Assembly: GCF_009914755.1 (NCBI RefSeq)
Contig: NC_060928.1
DNA: 64,000 nucleotides
Source: the human T2T-CHM13v2.0 reference genome, Homo sapiens
Direction: 5' to 3' (one strand)
This document shows, piece after piece, positions 50,871-64,000 of the stretch. Position 1 is the first letter of the stretch, and each line of letters starts with the position of its first letter. Under the pieces are notes generated by a model. The model ran no database searches, was not told the DNA's origin, and was given only the letters and a program-made list of their open reading frames with translations. Both the position numbers and the translations under genes were made by a program.

Positions 50871-51329
50871 GTGGCCTAAACAGAGAATGTTTCCGTGTGA
50901 AGTTTCTGTACCAGCCAACTATCTTCTTAACAGCTTGGTAGAGTTGGGAAAGGGGCAATAGGAGAAATGCTGTCCCTGTTTCAGCTTCTGGGCCAGACCC
51001 TACGACTGACCCCATTTCTGCAATGGCCCCATCACCCGTGCTGTGGGTTTGTGTCATATACACAAGCCTTGTGAAAATACCACAGACCACTGTGAGGCCA
51101 TTCAACAAAGAACAGATGGATTTCACCTTGAGTGTTGTTTTCCAAAGCACACGTGTTTCGGTGCCACCACGTTTCCCTTGCCCATCATGTGAGCCTCCTC
51201 CCTCCATCGTGCTCCTCTTTCTGCTTCCATCACATCAGGGGCCCTGAAGGCGACAGCACTGATTCCGTCCTCTTTGCCTGCCCAGCACCTGGTCACAGAT
51301 TTGGATGGAGGACAAATAAAGCATAATAG

Positions 51330-52020
51330 TGTTCTAAGAGCCTTTCCCCTAGCTTGGCAGTCAGCTTCTGACAAGGTCATCAGGTAGGGTGGGGAGGAGG
51401 GTGCAGGGGCAAAGGAGAAGCTCACCCCTTGCCTTTGGAGGGTTTGTTGAAAAAAAACATCAACTCGCAGTAAGGCAAATTAAGAAGAGGAAAGGCATAC
51501 AAATTCATTCACCATGTGCTTGGGGAGAATCACAGAGTGATTCCCTAATTTCCCAATGGGGCCCACACACTTACATAAACTCCTTTCAGAGGAAGGGGAG
51601 AGAGAGAATATAGGTAATTCTGTTGAGGGGCATTAAATGACGACCAAGGAAACATGAGTGGGTACTTGAGAGAAGGAACGGCAGAGGGGAAGAGGCAGAG
51701 ACTGATTTGTAAATGGTTGTCTTTGGAAGTTCAGTGAATCTGAGAGATGGGCATTATCTTGTAAAAAGATTGGGTGAGATCTGGTTACATTCTTCCGCTC
51801 CTTTCCTGAAATAGATCATGAGATAACAGGGGAAAAGGAAATATTCTTGAAAGAGAAAATGAGATAACAAGGAAAAAGCAATTCTTCTTCTGGTGGGTCC
51901 CTCTGGTCTTCATGAAGCTAGGGAAAAGTGTCTTCCAAGGCCTGTTGTTTTCTAAGGGTTTTAATTAAAAATATTCATTATCCCAGGGAGCCGTATTTTG
52001 GGGTGAAAAATCTCTTTCCT
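51330..52020 (-). mobile_element. ERV1 MER4-group-like solo LTR (family uncertain)
   Basis: Terminal TATTTTGGGGTGAAAA...TTTCC resembles a reverse MER4-group LTR start; GAAAGGCATACAAATT.ATT motif. Confidence 0.45.
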
Positions 52021-52249
52021 GAGGGGGCATACTCTGCAAGAGGGTGGTTGAGTCTCCTGATGGCATCGTTCTCAGAATTTGGGATTGTATGCTCAGAACC
52101 TTTGATGCATGTTTTGTAGGTTGTATAAAACCACACATCTGTCCTTTCCAGACCGAAATATCGAGTTCTCCACAATGATCCTCTGTGACACAAGTTACAT
52201 TTGCAATAGAAACCTATCTTGTATATGAGAAATGCAATCCAGTATTGAT

Positions 52250-52350
52250 TCGACACATCTGGGTTGAATTCCTGACTTGTCCACAGCCAGCGATATGCCC
52301 TTGGACAAGCTACTTTATCCCATTGAGACTCTGTTCTCACCTCTACGAGG
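52250..52350 (+). mobile_element. MIR fragment
   Basis: CTGGGTTGAATTCCTGACT...CCTTGGACAAG.TACTT...TGAGACTCTGTT.TCACCT. Confidence 0.55.
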
Positions 52351-52354
52351 AGAG

Positions 52355-52930
52355 TGTCAGAGGCATTTGGACCAGAGCGACTCCATCTTGAATAGGGGCT
52401 GGGTAAAATGATGCTGAGACCTAGTGGGCTGCATTCCCAGGAGTTAAGGCGTTCTTAGTCACAAGATGAGACATAGGTCAGCATAAAATACAGGTCATAA
52501 AGACCTTGCTGATAAAACAGGTTACAGTAAAGAAGCCAGCCAATACCCACCAAAACCAAGATGGTGAAAGAGTGACCTCTGGTCCTCTTCACTGCTCATT
52601 ATACGCTGATTATAAGGCATTAGCATGCTAAGACACACTCCTGCCAGTGCCATGGCAGTTTACAAATGCCATGGCAACCAACGTCAGGAAGCTACCCTAT
52701 GTGGTCTAAAAACCGGTCTAAAAAGGGCAGGAGCCCTCTGTTCTGGGGCAATTGCCCAGCCCTTTCCTGGAAAACTCATGAATAATCCACCCCTCATTTA
52801 GCATATCATCAAGAAATCGCCATAAAAATGCGTAGCCAGCAGTCCTCAGGGCTGCCCTGCTTAGGGAGTAGCCATTCTTTTATTCCTTGACCTCCTTAAA
52901 CTTTCTTTCACTTTATGGACTGGCCCTGAA
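52355..52930 (+). mobile_element. MER41B-like ERV1 LTR, 3' end truncated
   Basis: TGTCAGAGGC.TTTG.ACCAGAGCGACTCCATCTTGAATAGGGGCTGGGTAAAAT start; TTACAAATGCCATGGCAAC, TTTCCTGGAAAACTCATGAATAATCCACCCC. Confidence 0.88.
52764..52772. promoter_or_regulatory. GAS (STAT) consensus TTCCTGGAA inside MER41B-like LTR
   Basis: Exact TTCNNNGAA match at the position of the second MER41B GAS; function untested. Confidence 0.5.
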
Positions 52931-53461
52931 GTTATAATAAAATCACTGTTTCTTTTCACAACTGGAAGTTGAGATAAACCCGTAAGACCACATTTTAGTT
53001 CCCAGGCTAGCATCTTGAGCCCTGTGAGTCTGAGTTCTATTTTTCCCTCCAGTCTTAACTTTTATTGTATTATGGCAATTATGAATTATGAATATTTTGA
53101 TAACATAATGCATGAATGCACGCTCTTGATACATACTTCAAACGGTAAGGAATTTTGTAAAGTTAAATGGAAGAGTTCTTCACTCAATATCCTTGGCCCA
53201 ACAGACGTGCCTATGAACTCTGTGGCTTTTCCTCCCTCGTCCTGTTTCACCTCCGCTCCTGCTGTTGCCTCCCTCCTCCTCCCTGGCTCCTAAGTCTTTG
53301 AGTAACTCAGCGGCCTTTTGGTGATTGTTCCATTTAGGGGTAGATTCCTCAGAGAGGCCTTGTCCACCCAACGGGAGGAAGTCTGCCTGACCTTACTCCA
53401 CGGTATTTTAAACCAGAGTATGCTGTTTGCATCCTTACTAAAACTATGCAGGATCATGACT

Positions 53462-53597
53462 GGCCAGGGTGGCTTGCACCTATAATCCCAGCACTTTGGG
53501 AGGCTGAGGCAGGAGGCTCACTTGAGGCCAGGAGTTTGAGACCAGCCTGGGAAACACAGTGAGACCCCATCTCTAAAAAAAGAAAGAAGAAAAAGAA
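53462..53597 (+). mobile_element. FLAM / Alu left monomer
   Basis: Single arm ending GAGACCCCATCTCT plus A-rich tail. Confidence 0.85.
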
Positions 53598-54571
53598 CTC
53601 TGTTGTAATTCTGTTTGTTTGCTTTGCTTCTTTCCACTGTCTGCCTTACATTCTTGCCTTCTGCATTGTAAGCATAAGAAGGCGGAGTGCAGGATATGCT
53701 TGTTCTATATACTGTTGTGGTCCTACTTTTCCTCATATTGCCTGAAGTAAATGTTGGTGGAAAAATTAATACACACACATACACAGATGCATATACAAAT
53801 ACATTTTACTCAGTGCCCCGTGTTATATATATAACTTTGTTTTGAACATAGTAAATCTTAGAGATCTTCCTATATTGGGACATTCAGTGACTGACTAGTA
53901 TTGCACTGTGTGGAAATACCAATAATTTATTAAATCTTCTCATTGCAAATGGACAAATTAGGTTGTTTCCAATTTTTTATAATCATAAAGAATGAATCAT
54001 TGACCATCTCAGTCTTGCCCAGACCTTATCTGGCCACCCATGCAGGTATTTTTGTAAGATAAATTCCTATAAGAGGAATGATTGAGTTGAAGGGATGACA
54101 CAATTTTGATTTTGAGAGATAATCTCGAATTAACTTTAAAAGTTGATGTACCAAATTACATGTGAGCCAGCTGCAATTGTAAGAGTTCTTGTTTTGTAAT
54201 TCTCAATATCAGCAGATATTATAAATCTTCAAGTTTTGTCAAGTTAAAGGGTAAAAATCCTAGCTATATCTCATTGTTCTAATTTGCATTTATGATTACT
54301 AACAAAGTTAAATATTTTAATGTGTTTATAGTCGTGTACTTTTCCTATGAATTGCCTTTCCTTGTACATTACCTTTTTTCATTCATTTTTTCTTAATGAT
54401 TGCAGAAGCTTTAACCTTTTGATGTTTATTATTTGTCGTTATGTGCATTCCAAAGAATTTCTGCTGATCTGTTGTTTATGATTAACATTTTTGAATGGTA
54501 TTCTTTCAAATGTAACTAATTTTTTAAGAGCTTTATTGAGATGTAATTGATATATGAAGAACTGCACTGTA

Positions 54572-54787
54572 CTTGAACTCCTGAGCTCAAGTGATCCCCT
54601 GCCTTGGCAGCTCGGGTAGCTAGGAATACATGTGCACACTATGTCACCCAGGTCATTTTTAAATTTTTTGTACAGATGGGTTCTTCCTGTGTTGCCAGGC
54701 TGGTCTTGAACTCCTGGCCTCAAGCAATACTCCTGTCTCAGACTCCCAACACTATGGGATTACAGGTGTGAGCCAGTGCACCTGGAT
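54572..54787 (-). mobile_element. AluJ-like, lacking 3' end and tail
   Basis: CTTGAACTCCTGAGCTCAAGTGATCC...GGTCTTGAACTCCTGGCCTCAAGCAAT...GGATTACAGGTGTGAGCCA. Confidence 0.82.
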
Positions 54788-55767
54788 CAACTATGCATGT
54801 TTAATGTATACAATTTGATAAATTTGGGCATATGAAAACACCTGTGATATTATCAGCATAATCAAAGAAATAGACACTGTATTAGTTCATTTTCACACTG
54901 CTGATAAAGACATACCCGAGTCTGGGCAATTTACAAAAGAAAGAGGTTTAATGGACTTACAGTTCCACAGGGCTGGGGATGCCTCACAATCATGGTGGAA
55001 GGCAAGGAGGAGCAAGTCACATCTTACATAGATGGTGGCAGGCAAAGAGGGAGAGCTTATGTAGGGAAACTCCCCCTTATAAAACCATCAGATCTCCTGA
55101 GACTTATTCACTACCACAAGAACAGCATGGGAAAGACATGCCCCCATGATTCAGTTACCTCCCTCTGGGTCCCTCCCAGAACACGTAGGAATCCAAGATG
55201 AGATTTGGGTGGGGACATAGCCAAACCATGTAATTCCACCCAAGCTCCTCCCAAATCTCATGTCCTCACATTTCAAAGCCAATCATTCCTTCCCAACAGT
55301 TCCCCAAAGTCATAACTCATTTCAGCATTAACTCAAAAGTCCACAGTCCAAAGTCTCATTTGAGACAAGGCAAGTCCCTTCTGTCTATGAGCCTGTAACA
55401 TCAAAAGCAAGTTAGTTACTTCCTAGATACAATGTGGGTACAGGCATTGGGTAAATACAGCCATTCCAAATGGGAAACATTGGCCAAAACAAAGGAGCTA
55501 CAGGCCCCATACAAGTCCGAAATCCAGTGGGGCAGTCAAATCCTAAAGATCCAAAATGAGCTCCTTTGACCCATGTCTCACATTCAGGTCACGCTGATGC
55601 AAGAGGTGCATTCCCTGGCCTTGGGCAGCTCCACCCCTGTGGTTTTGCTGGATATAGCCCCTCTCCTGACTGCTTTCACAGGCTGGTATTGTCTGTGGCT
55701 TTTCCAGGGGCACAGTGCAAGCTGTTGGTGGATCTACCATTCTTGGGTCTGGAGAACAGTGGCCCTT

Positions 55768-56246
<479 letters not shown>

Positions 56247-59200
56247 GAACAGTGGCCCTTTTTTCACAGCTCCATTAGGCAGTACTCCAGTAGGGACTCT
56301 GTGGGGGCTTCAACCCCACATTTCCCTTCTTCACTGCCCTAGCAGAGGTTCTCCATGAGGACCCCACCCCTGCAGCAAACTTCTGCCTGGACATTCAGGC
56401 ATTTCCATACATTTTCTGAAATCTAGACAGAGGTTCCCAAACCTCAATCCTCGACTTCTGTGAACTTGCAGGCTCAACACCACATGGAAGCTGCCAAGGC
56501 TTGGGGTTTACATCCTCTGAAGCAACAGCTTGGGCTGTACCTTGGCTCTTTTTAGTCACAGCTGGAGTGGCTGGAATGCAGGGCACCAAGTCCATAGACT
56601 GCACACAGCAGAGGGACCCCGGCCCTGGCCCATGAAACCATTTTTTTCCTCCTAAACCTCTGGTCCTGTGATGGGAGGGGCTGCTTCAAAGGTCTCTAAC
56701 ATGCCCGGAAGACATTTTCCCCATGGTCTTGGGAATTAACATTAGGTTCCTAGTTACTTATGTAAATTTCTGCAGCCAGCTTGAATTTCTCCTCAGAAAA
56801 TGGGATTTTCTTTTCTATTGCATTGTCAGGCTGCAAATTTTCCAAACTTTTATGCCCCTTTCCCCTTTTAAAACTGAATGCTTATAACAGCACACAAGTC
56901 ACCTCTTAAATGCTTTGCTGCTTGGAAATTTCTTCTACCAGATACCCTAAATCATCTCTCTCAAGTTCAAAGTTCCACAAATCTCTAGGGCAGGGGCAAA
57001 TTGCTGCCAGTCTCTTTGCTAAAATATAACAAGAGTTACCTTTGCTCCAGTTCCCAACAAGTTCCTCATCTCCATCTGAGACCACCTCAGCCTGGATTTC
57101 ATTGTCTGTATCATTATCAGCCTTCTAGTCAAAGCCATTCAACAAGTCTCTAGGGAGTTCCAAACTGTCTCACAGTTTCCTGTCTTCTTCTGAGCCCTCC
57201 AAGGTGTTCTAACATCTGCCTGTTACCCAGTTGCAAAGTCGCTTCCACATTGTTGTCTATCGTTGCAGTAGCACCCCACTCTACTGGTACCAGTTTACTG
57301 CATTAGTCTGTTTTCACGCGGCTGATAAAGACATACCTGAGACTGGTCAATTTACAAAAGACAGAGGTTTAACGGACTTATAGTTACACAGGGCTGGGGA
57401 GGCCTCACAATCATAGCAGAAGGCAAGGAAGAGTAAGTCACATCTTATGTGGATGGCGAGAGGCAAAGAAAGAGCTTGTGCAGGGAAACTCCCCCTTATA
57501 AAACCATCAGCACTTGTGAGACTTATTCATTACGCTGAGAACAGCTTGGGAAAGACCTGCCCTCATGTTTCAATTACCTTCCACTGGGTCTCTCCCACAA
57601 CACATAGGAATTTGAGATGAGATTTGGGTGGGGACACAGCCAAACCATATCAGACACCAACACCTTCTAATGTTTTCTTGTGTCCTTTCCCCTCATTGTT
57701 GTAGTAAGAACACTTAATGTGAGACCTCTTAACAAATTTTGGAATGCACCACATCATATTGCTAACTATAGGCAATATGTTGTAAGATAGATCTCTAGAA
57801 TGTATTCAACTAGCATAACTAAAACTTTACACCAATTGAACAACAACTCCACATTTCCCCTACTCCTGAGTTTCTGGGAATGACTATTGTATTCTTTGAT
57901 TCTATAATTTTGAGTATTTCACATCCCTCATATAAGTAGAATCATGCAATATTTGTCCTTCTGTAACTGGCTTATTTTATTTAACATTATGTCTTTTGGG
58001 TACATCCATGTTTTCACACATAGCAAGATTTTGTTGTTTTCGAAGGTTGAGTAATATTCAATTGTATTATACACCACATTTTCTTTATCCATTCATCTGT
58101 CAATGGACAATCTTTTATTGAACAATTTATTAGTTTTTAGTGGTCAAAGAACAAGATCATGTCCTTTATATGATTTATATGTTTTGGTTGTTATTTTAGA
58201 AGCCCTTCTCCATTTCAGTAGTATAAATATATGTATTTCTGACCTTTTTCTTCTTATACTGTTAGTTTTTCAGTATAACATTGAACTTTTAAAACACCTT
58301 GACTTTTTTTCTGAGTATGGTATGAATTAGGGATATTTGTTACTTTTTTCCCATATTAACAGTTATTCACCTAATTATACTTTATTCAGTTGGTCTAGAC
58401 TTTTTCCTACATATTTGCCATCTTTATTATAATTTAAATCAGCATATACACTTGGATTTATTTTTGGTCTCTCTACATAGGGCTATGTATCTATTGTTTA
58501 ATTCTTAGAGATTTATGTGGATATGTGGTAGGTATATGTCTTCACTCACTGCGCTTATTTTCAACATTTTTTTCCATTATATTTATTTGTTTTTCTCTTA
58601 TAGATGAACCTGAGAATAATCTGTCAAGCTGCTGATAAAAATTCTTTATGAAGTTAAAGATTGCACAGAACTTACAAATTAAATTGGGAGAATTGAATTT
58701 CCTGTAATATTGAAGTTTCTCAACCAAAATATTGTTACCCATTTCTATTTTTCACTTTTTAAAAAATGTATGAAACAACATTTATAGCCTTTTTAAATAG
58801 AACTTCTACTCTTCTCATTAGGATTATTTCTCATTTTGTGTTTTTTTGCTGCTATTTTGAGTTTTTTTTTTCTCTATTTCATTCTAATTGATGGTTAGAT
58901 GGTTAGTAGATGGTTAGAAAATTATTTATTTTTATATGATGATATTGAATCTAGCCACTTTGAACTCTTGTGCCATTTTATAAAAATTTGTTTTCTTAAG
59001 TATCTAGAAAAATAATGAAATAGTGTCTGAAAATAATAAATTTTGCCTCTGTTTTTCAATATTTTTACTTTTCTCCTCATTCTATTCTTATTAGTGATGA
59101 AATATATATATATGTATTCATTGTCTCTCATACAAAAAGTAGCCTTGACAATCTGAAAACAAAATAGATTTGCATTAAAATTGGAACCTAAAATGCAAGG

Positions 59201-59333
59201 ATACTGAAAGTTAGGTCACTTTAACACCAATTGGTGCCTTTAAGATAGTATTAAAAATATACACATGGTATTTGCCAAATTTTGAATATAGGAGCATATT
59301 GTGCTTTGTACATACTTTAAAATAGCCACAGAT

Positions 59334-59625
59334 GGCTGGGCGAGGTGGCTTTTGCTTGTAATCCCAGCACTTAAGGAGGCCTAGGTGGGCAGATCACCTG
59401 AGGTCAGGAGTTTGAGACCAGCCTGACCAACGTGGTGAAACCCCATCTCTACTAAAAATACAAAAATTAGCCGGGTGTGGTGGTGCATGCTTGTAATCCT
59501 AGCTACTCAGGAGGCTGAGGCACAAGAATCGTTTGAACCCAGGAGGTGGATGTTGCAGTGAGCCTAGATAGGGCTGTCAGCCTGAGTGACAGAGTGAGAC
59601 TCTGTCTCAAACAAACAAATAAAAA
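59334..59625 (+). mobile_element. AluS (Sx-like)
   Basis: Both arms; TSD AAAA(T/A)AGCCACA(G/A)AT. Confidence 0.92.
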
Positions 59626-59654
59626 AAGCCACAAATGCTAATAAAATAATACAT

Positions 59655-59703
59655 TCCTAAAAGATACTGTTTAATAGTTTCTCCTAAAAGATACTGTTTA
59701 ATA
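59655..59703. repeat. Perfect 22-bp direct repeat, period 27
   Basis: TCCTAAAAGATACTGTTTAATA at 59655 and 59682. Confidence 0.9.
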
Positions 59704-59962
59704 ATTACTCCTATTATTCTAAGAACATTGGCATTAGAATTTAGAACATAATTAACAGACTCTTCTTCCAAAAATGTGTAACAATGAGAGGTAATAGTGA
59801 ATGGCAAATGTACAGTGTGAATGAGAGGCAAGAGTACCAGGACAGACCTTGTTTAAATTATGTAATACATTTTAAAAATCCACAGAGAATAAACATGAGC
59901 TTAACTAAATAAAATGACTTCTGTTTGTTTAAATTTTTTGGCAGATAAAAATTAAGTGATAC

Positions 59963-61025
59963 AATAGTCATTCTGGGTGGTGTGAGATGGTGGTATCTTA
60001 TTGTGGTTTTGATTTGCATTTCTCTAATGATCAAAGATATTGAGCTTTTTTTCATATGCCTGTAGCTGCATGTATTTCTTCTTTTGAAAAGTGTCTGTTC
60101 ATGTCCTTTGCCCACTCTTTAATGAGATTGTTTGTTTTTATTCTTGTAAATTTATTTAAGTTCCTTATAGATTCTGGATACAAGACCTTTGACAGATGCA
60201 TAGTTTGCAAATATTTTCTCCCATTCTTTATGTCTGTTTACTCTACTGATAGTTTCTTTTGCTGTGCAGAAGCTCTTTAATTTGATGAGATCCCATTTTT
60301 CAATTTTTTGTTTTGTTGCAATTGCTTTTGGAGACTTCAATAACAGACGCTGCCAAGGTTGTGGAGAAAAGGGAACACTTATGCATTGTTAAGGGGAGTG
60401 TAAATTAGTTCAACCATTGTGGAAGCAGTGTGACAATTTCTCAAAGAGCTAAAAATAGAACTGCCATTCAACCCAGCAATCCCATTACTGGGTATGCACC
60501 CAAACGAATATACATTATTCTGTCACAAAGACACATGCATGCAGATGTCCATTGCAGCACCATTCACAATAACAAAGACATGGAATTGGTGTAAATGCCC
60601 ATCTATGGTAGATTGGATGAAGAAAATGTGGTACATATACCCCGTGGAATACTATGCAGTCATAAAAAAGAACAAGATCGTGTTCTTTGCAGGAACATGG
60701 CTGGAGCTGGAGGCCATTATCCTTAGCAAACTAATGCAGGAACAGAAAACCAAATACTGCATGTTCTCACTTATAAATGGGAGCTAAATAGTAAGAACAC
60801 CTGTACACCAAGAGGGGTACAACACACACTGGGACTTACCTGAGGGTCAGAATTGGGAGGAGGGAAAGGATCAGAAAAAACAACTATTGGGTACTGGGCT
60901 TAGTACCTGGGTGATGAAATAATCTGTACAACAAACCTTCATGATATGAGTTTACCTATATAACAAACCTGAACATATACCCCTGAACCTAAAATAAAAG
61001 TTATAAATAAATAAATAAAATAAAA
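59963..61025 (+). mobile_element. L1P (older L1PA/L1PB-like) 3' portion with 5' inversion: 59963-60338 inverted, 60339-61025 sense
   Basis: Minus ORF ...[30 protein letters not shown]... and plus ORF ...CMQMSIAAPFTITKTWN..KCPS are both L1 ORF2p; (AAAT)n tail; diverged TSD AAAATT(C)AAGTG. Confidence 0.92.
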
Positions 61026-61049
61026 TTCAAGTGTATGAAACATTTATTA

Positions 61050-61480
61050 TTATTATTATTACTATTTTTTAAAGAACCTGCTGGGAATGTATTGCAAGTG
61101 CGTTGTAACTGTAGTTCACCTACTTACCTTAACAATATTGAGGTTTTCTGACTAGTGAACATGGTATATCTTTCCATTTATCTAGGTTTTCTTTAATTTC
61201 TCTCAGCAAGTTTTGTAGTTTTCAGTGTACAGGTATTGTACATATTTTGTTTAACCATATGTAATTTATACTTTGTATGCTATTTCCAATTTTCATTAAT
61301 AGCATATAAAAATATAATAGATTTTTAAATATTGACCACATATCTTGTGGCCTTGCTAAATTCATGTATTAGTCCATTTTTAAAAATAAATCCTATTCTT
61401 TTAATTTTTTTATAATTTCTTATAAATTCTATTTTTCCTGCATAGAAGATCTGTCCTCTGTTATTTCATCCTTTCCAAAA
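61050..61480 (-). mobile_element. Old L1M fragment
   Basis: CTTAACAATATTGAG..TTCTGA...GTGAACATGGTATATCT.TCCATTTAT.TAGGT.TTCTTTAATTTCTCTCAGCAA. Confidence 0.7.
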
Positions 61481-61590
61481 AAAAATTCAGTGATGTGATG
61501 TTGTCCATGTTGCTCTGAGGGCATCACTACGATGGAAAGCACATCCTCCCGATTTTCAACGTGGAGAGATGTCCCATGTAACCTATTCCT

Positions 61591-62025
61591 TGTGAAAGCA
61601 ACCCAAAAGTCCTATAGACACTTGCTTTTGGATAAACACAGGAATGGAACCTTCTGCTGTTAAAGTTTGAAACTTATGTTTGTTTTATCTGAGTTCCTTC
61701 CTCAGGAAACTACCTTCAGGCCTCTCACAAAAAGCATCAAAGAACTGAACCCAGATCACCACACCGGTTGCCGGACCCCTCATTCACCAGGATCGCTTCC
61801 TTGCTCCTCCCGAGTTCCTGTTTTCTTATTCATTCTTACATTTCTTGGCTGCTATATAATCCCCTGGTTTTAATCAGTCAGGAAGATGGATTTGAGACTG
61901 CAGCATCTCCTCAGCTGCAGCACCCAATTAAAGCCTTCTCCCTTGGCAAGACTCATCGTCTCAGTGACTGGCTTTCTTTGCAGTGAGTGCAGGACTGAGA
62001 CTGAACCCTTGGTGTTTTGGTAACA
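61591..62025 (+). mobile_element. Solo LTR, LTR47-like
   Basis: TG...TAACA ends, TTTTGGATAAACA...TGTTTTATCTGAGTTCCTTCCTCAGGAAA, TATA (CTATATAA ~61852) and ATTAAA (~61927). Confidence 0.6.
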
Positions 62026-64000
62026 ATTGTTCAACAATCATTTGTTGTGACCCTCATCTTTCCTTCTCTTTTAATTTTCTTGAGCTCATATTTTAATTTT
62101 TATTTATTACATGATATTCCAATTTAATTATATTGAATTAATAAGTTATTCTGTTGATGCCCTCCAGAATATTATCTCATGGTATTTATATCATTTCACT
62201 TAATGTCTCTTCATGAATTAGGACTCACAGCTTTGGAACTGCACTGAATGGTTTTGAGCTTGGACCATATATCATTCATTCATTTTTGGGAGTTCACTTT
62301 AGTGTGCCTCAGGGTGGGAATAATGCAACTTTAATTCATGATCTTTAAAGGAAGCCCTTTGGATCGTATATTGATGATAGGATGAAAGGATCTCAATAAA
62401 GCAGAACTTGTTTGAGATTAGGTCACATTTCATTTCAAAATTATTAGGTTGAAGTTGCTGATTTAGTGGGATATTGTATCGGTTGATGTTAAAATGATCT
62501 CGTGTGTTAGATTTTGATAGCATGGAGGAACAGAGATGGGCAATCATATCCTTCTGTATTTCCTTCTTGTGACAAGATATGACCATGGAAGCACTGATGT
62601 ACTAAGGGAAATAGTGTTTCATCAACTGCACTGAGCTATCCAGAGTCAGGAAATATAATAAAAACCATTAATATTCCTTGCTAAAGGGATTTCTATTTAT
62701 TTAACTGCTAACTCAGTTATTTTAGTAACATAATGGTTAAATCAGTAGAGGTTCTTTTCTGCAAATTATATTTGCAGGGAGTCAGTAAGATAGATTTTAC
62801 CTTCTTGGGAAAATGAGTCATTGGGGAAATATCTGTAGGTCTTCTTTGGAAGAATATTCTAGAGACTATTGTGATCAAGCATCTACAAACTTGTGATAGA
62901 TTTTGTTGAATCAATTTCAGTGTGAGATCTTTAGAGAAGAGTAGAAGAACTATTCTGTTAGGATAAAGATTTAATTTGATAGAGAGATCACAAAGAGCCA
63001 CAATGTCAAAAGATTCAAGATAGTTTGCACCTAACTTAAAATTGGAACAGTAGTGTAAAATATAAAAACACTGTGCTTAATATGTTTCATATGCTTTCTA
63101 TGTTAAATATATATATTTAATATGCTGAATATATAGGAGGTTCTATAAATAGTTTTCATTCTCAAATGAAATCTTACATTGTAAGATAGAAAAAAAGACG
63201 TAGGCCTCATTTGCATTTGAAAATAGAAATGAAGAAATGAGAAAATGAATAATTCTAGTATCAGACTGTGTTTCTTCTGCAATGGATAATTACTTTAAGA
63301 AAAACGAATTTTCATTTGAATTGGTGAAAAATTGATAACTTTTCCTCACTTTTTAAAATGTAAATAGAGTGGTTGGAAACTAAAAAAAAAATCAGTAAGA
63401 TCAGCTTTCTCTGCACCTGTGTCAGCAAAACATAAGGAATTCTGAGGGGAAAAAGTGAAACGTTACTTAACATCATCTATTAAGGAACTTTTTCTCTTAA
63501 GTTCTTTAATAAGTTGCTGTTTAGATTGCAAGAGGATGTTTAATATCCAGAAGCATAACCCTGAAATCTCAAGACTTCGACTTACAATTGCCTACAAAAA
63601 TATTCTAATTTACTGATTGTAATGTTTTCCATATACAATTAAGAAACAGTTTAGCACATTATTATTTTAATTTTGCATTCTTCAATGTAATTTTACATCA
63701 CATTTATTGATTATAGACTTGTGTGTCTTTCTCATTATTTGGCTTCACAGTAGTTCCCTAGGATGCTTTGTCTGTAAAGCCACTTTAAAATGTCATCCAC
63801 ATCACAAATGTTACAAATCCTATTACACAGTTCACCCAAGATTCTGCACACGTTTTTCCAGTGTGCAATGTAGCAAAAATAACTGAAATACTGTATAGTG
63901 GATGGATTTGGCATGGAAGTCATCCCAAAGATCTGCTGGAGTATAACAGGGCTTCAGACTGGATCAAATAGGAATTCTCAGTATTTCAATAGAATAAAGG

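Noticed and set aside
50677-51207. 176-aa minus-strand ORF, the longest outside the VNTR
   Set aside because: Runs into an L2 relic and shows no domain resemblance; consistent with chance.

Overview
Simian-primate (probably human/hominoid) non-coding genomic DNA. I could not recognise any protein-coding exon; the listed ORFs are short, or are artefacts of repeats. The dominant feature is a ~14-kb GC/CpG-rich minisatellite (VNTR, ~27,882-41,866) of about 239 copies of a 58/59-bp unit. Its variant units reveal nested block duplications at offsets of 2400, 877, 1517, 1346, 527 and 1988 bp. Its 1-bp length polymorphism switches a T-flanked E-box (M-box) on or off. The flanks are a mosaic of Alu, L1, L2, MIR, MaLR/ERV LTRs and DNA-transposon relics. 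These include a complete THE1B provirus with TSDs, a MER41B-like LTR retaining one GAS site, and two L1 copies with twin-priming-type inversions. There is also a ~140-bp locally templated insertion inside an old L1, and a candidate spliced minus-strand non-coding transcript near 22.3-22.8 kb. Repeat subfamily names were assigned by eye from remembered consensus sequences and need RepeatMasker/Dfam confirmation.
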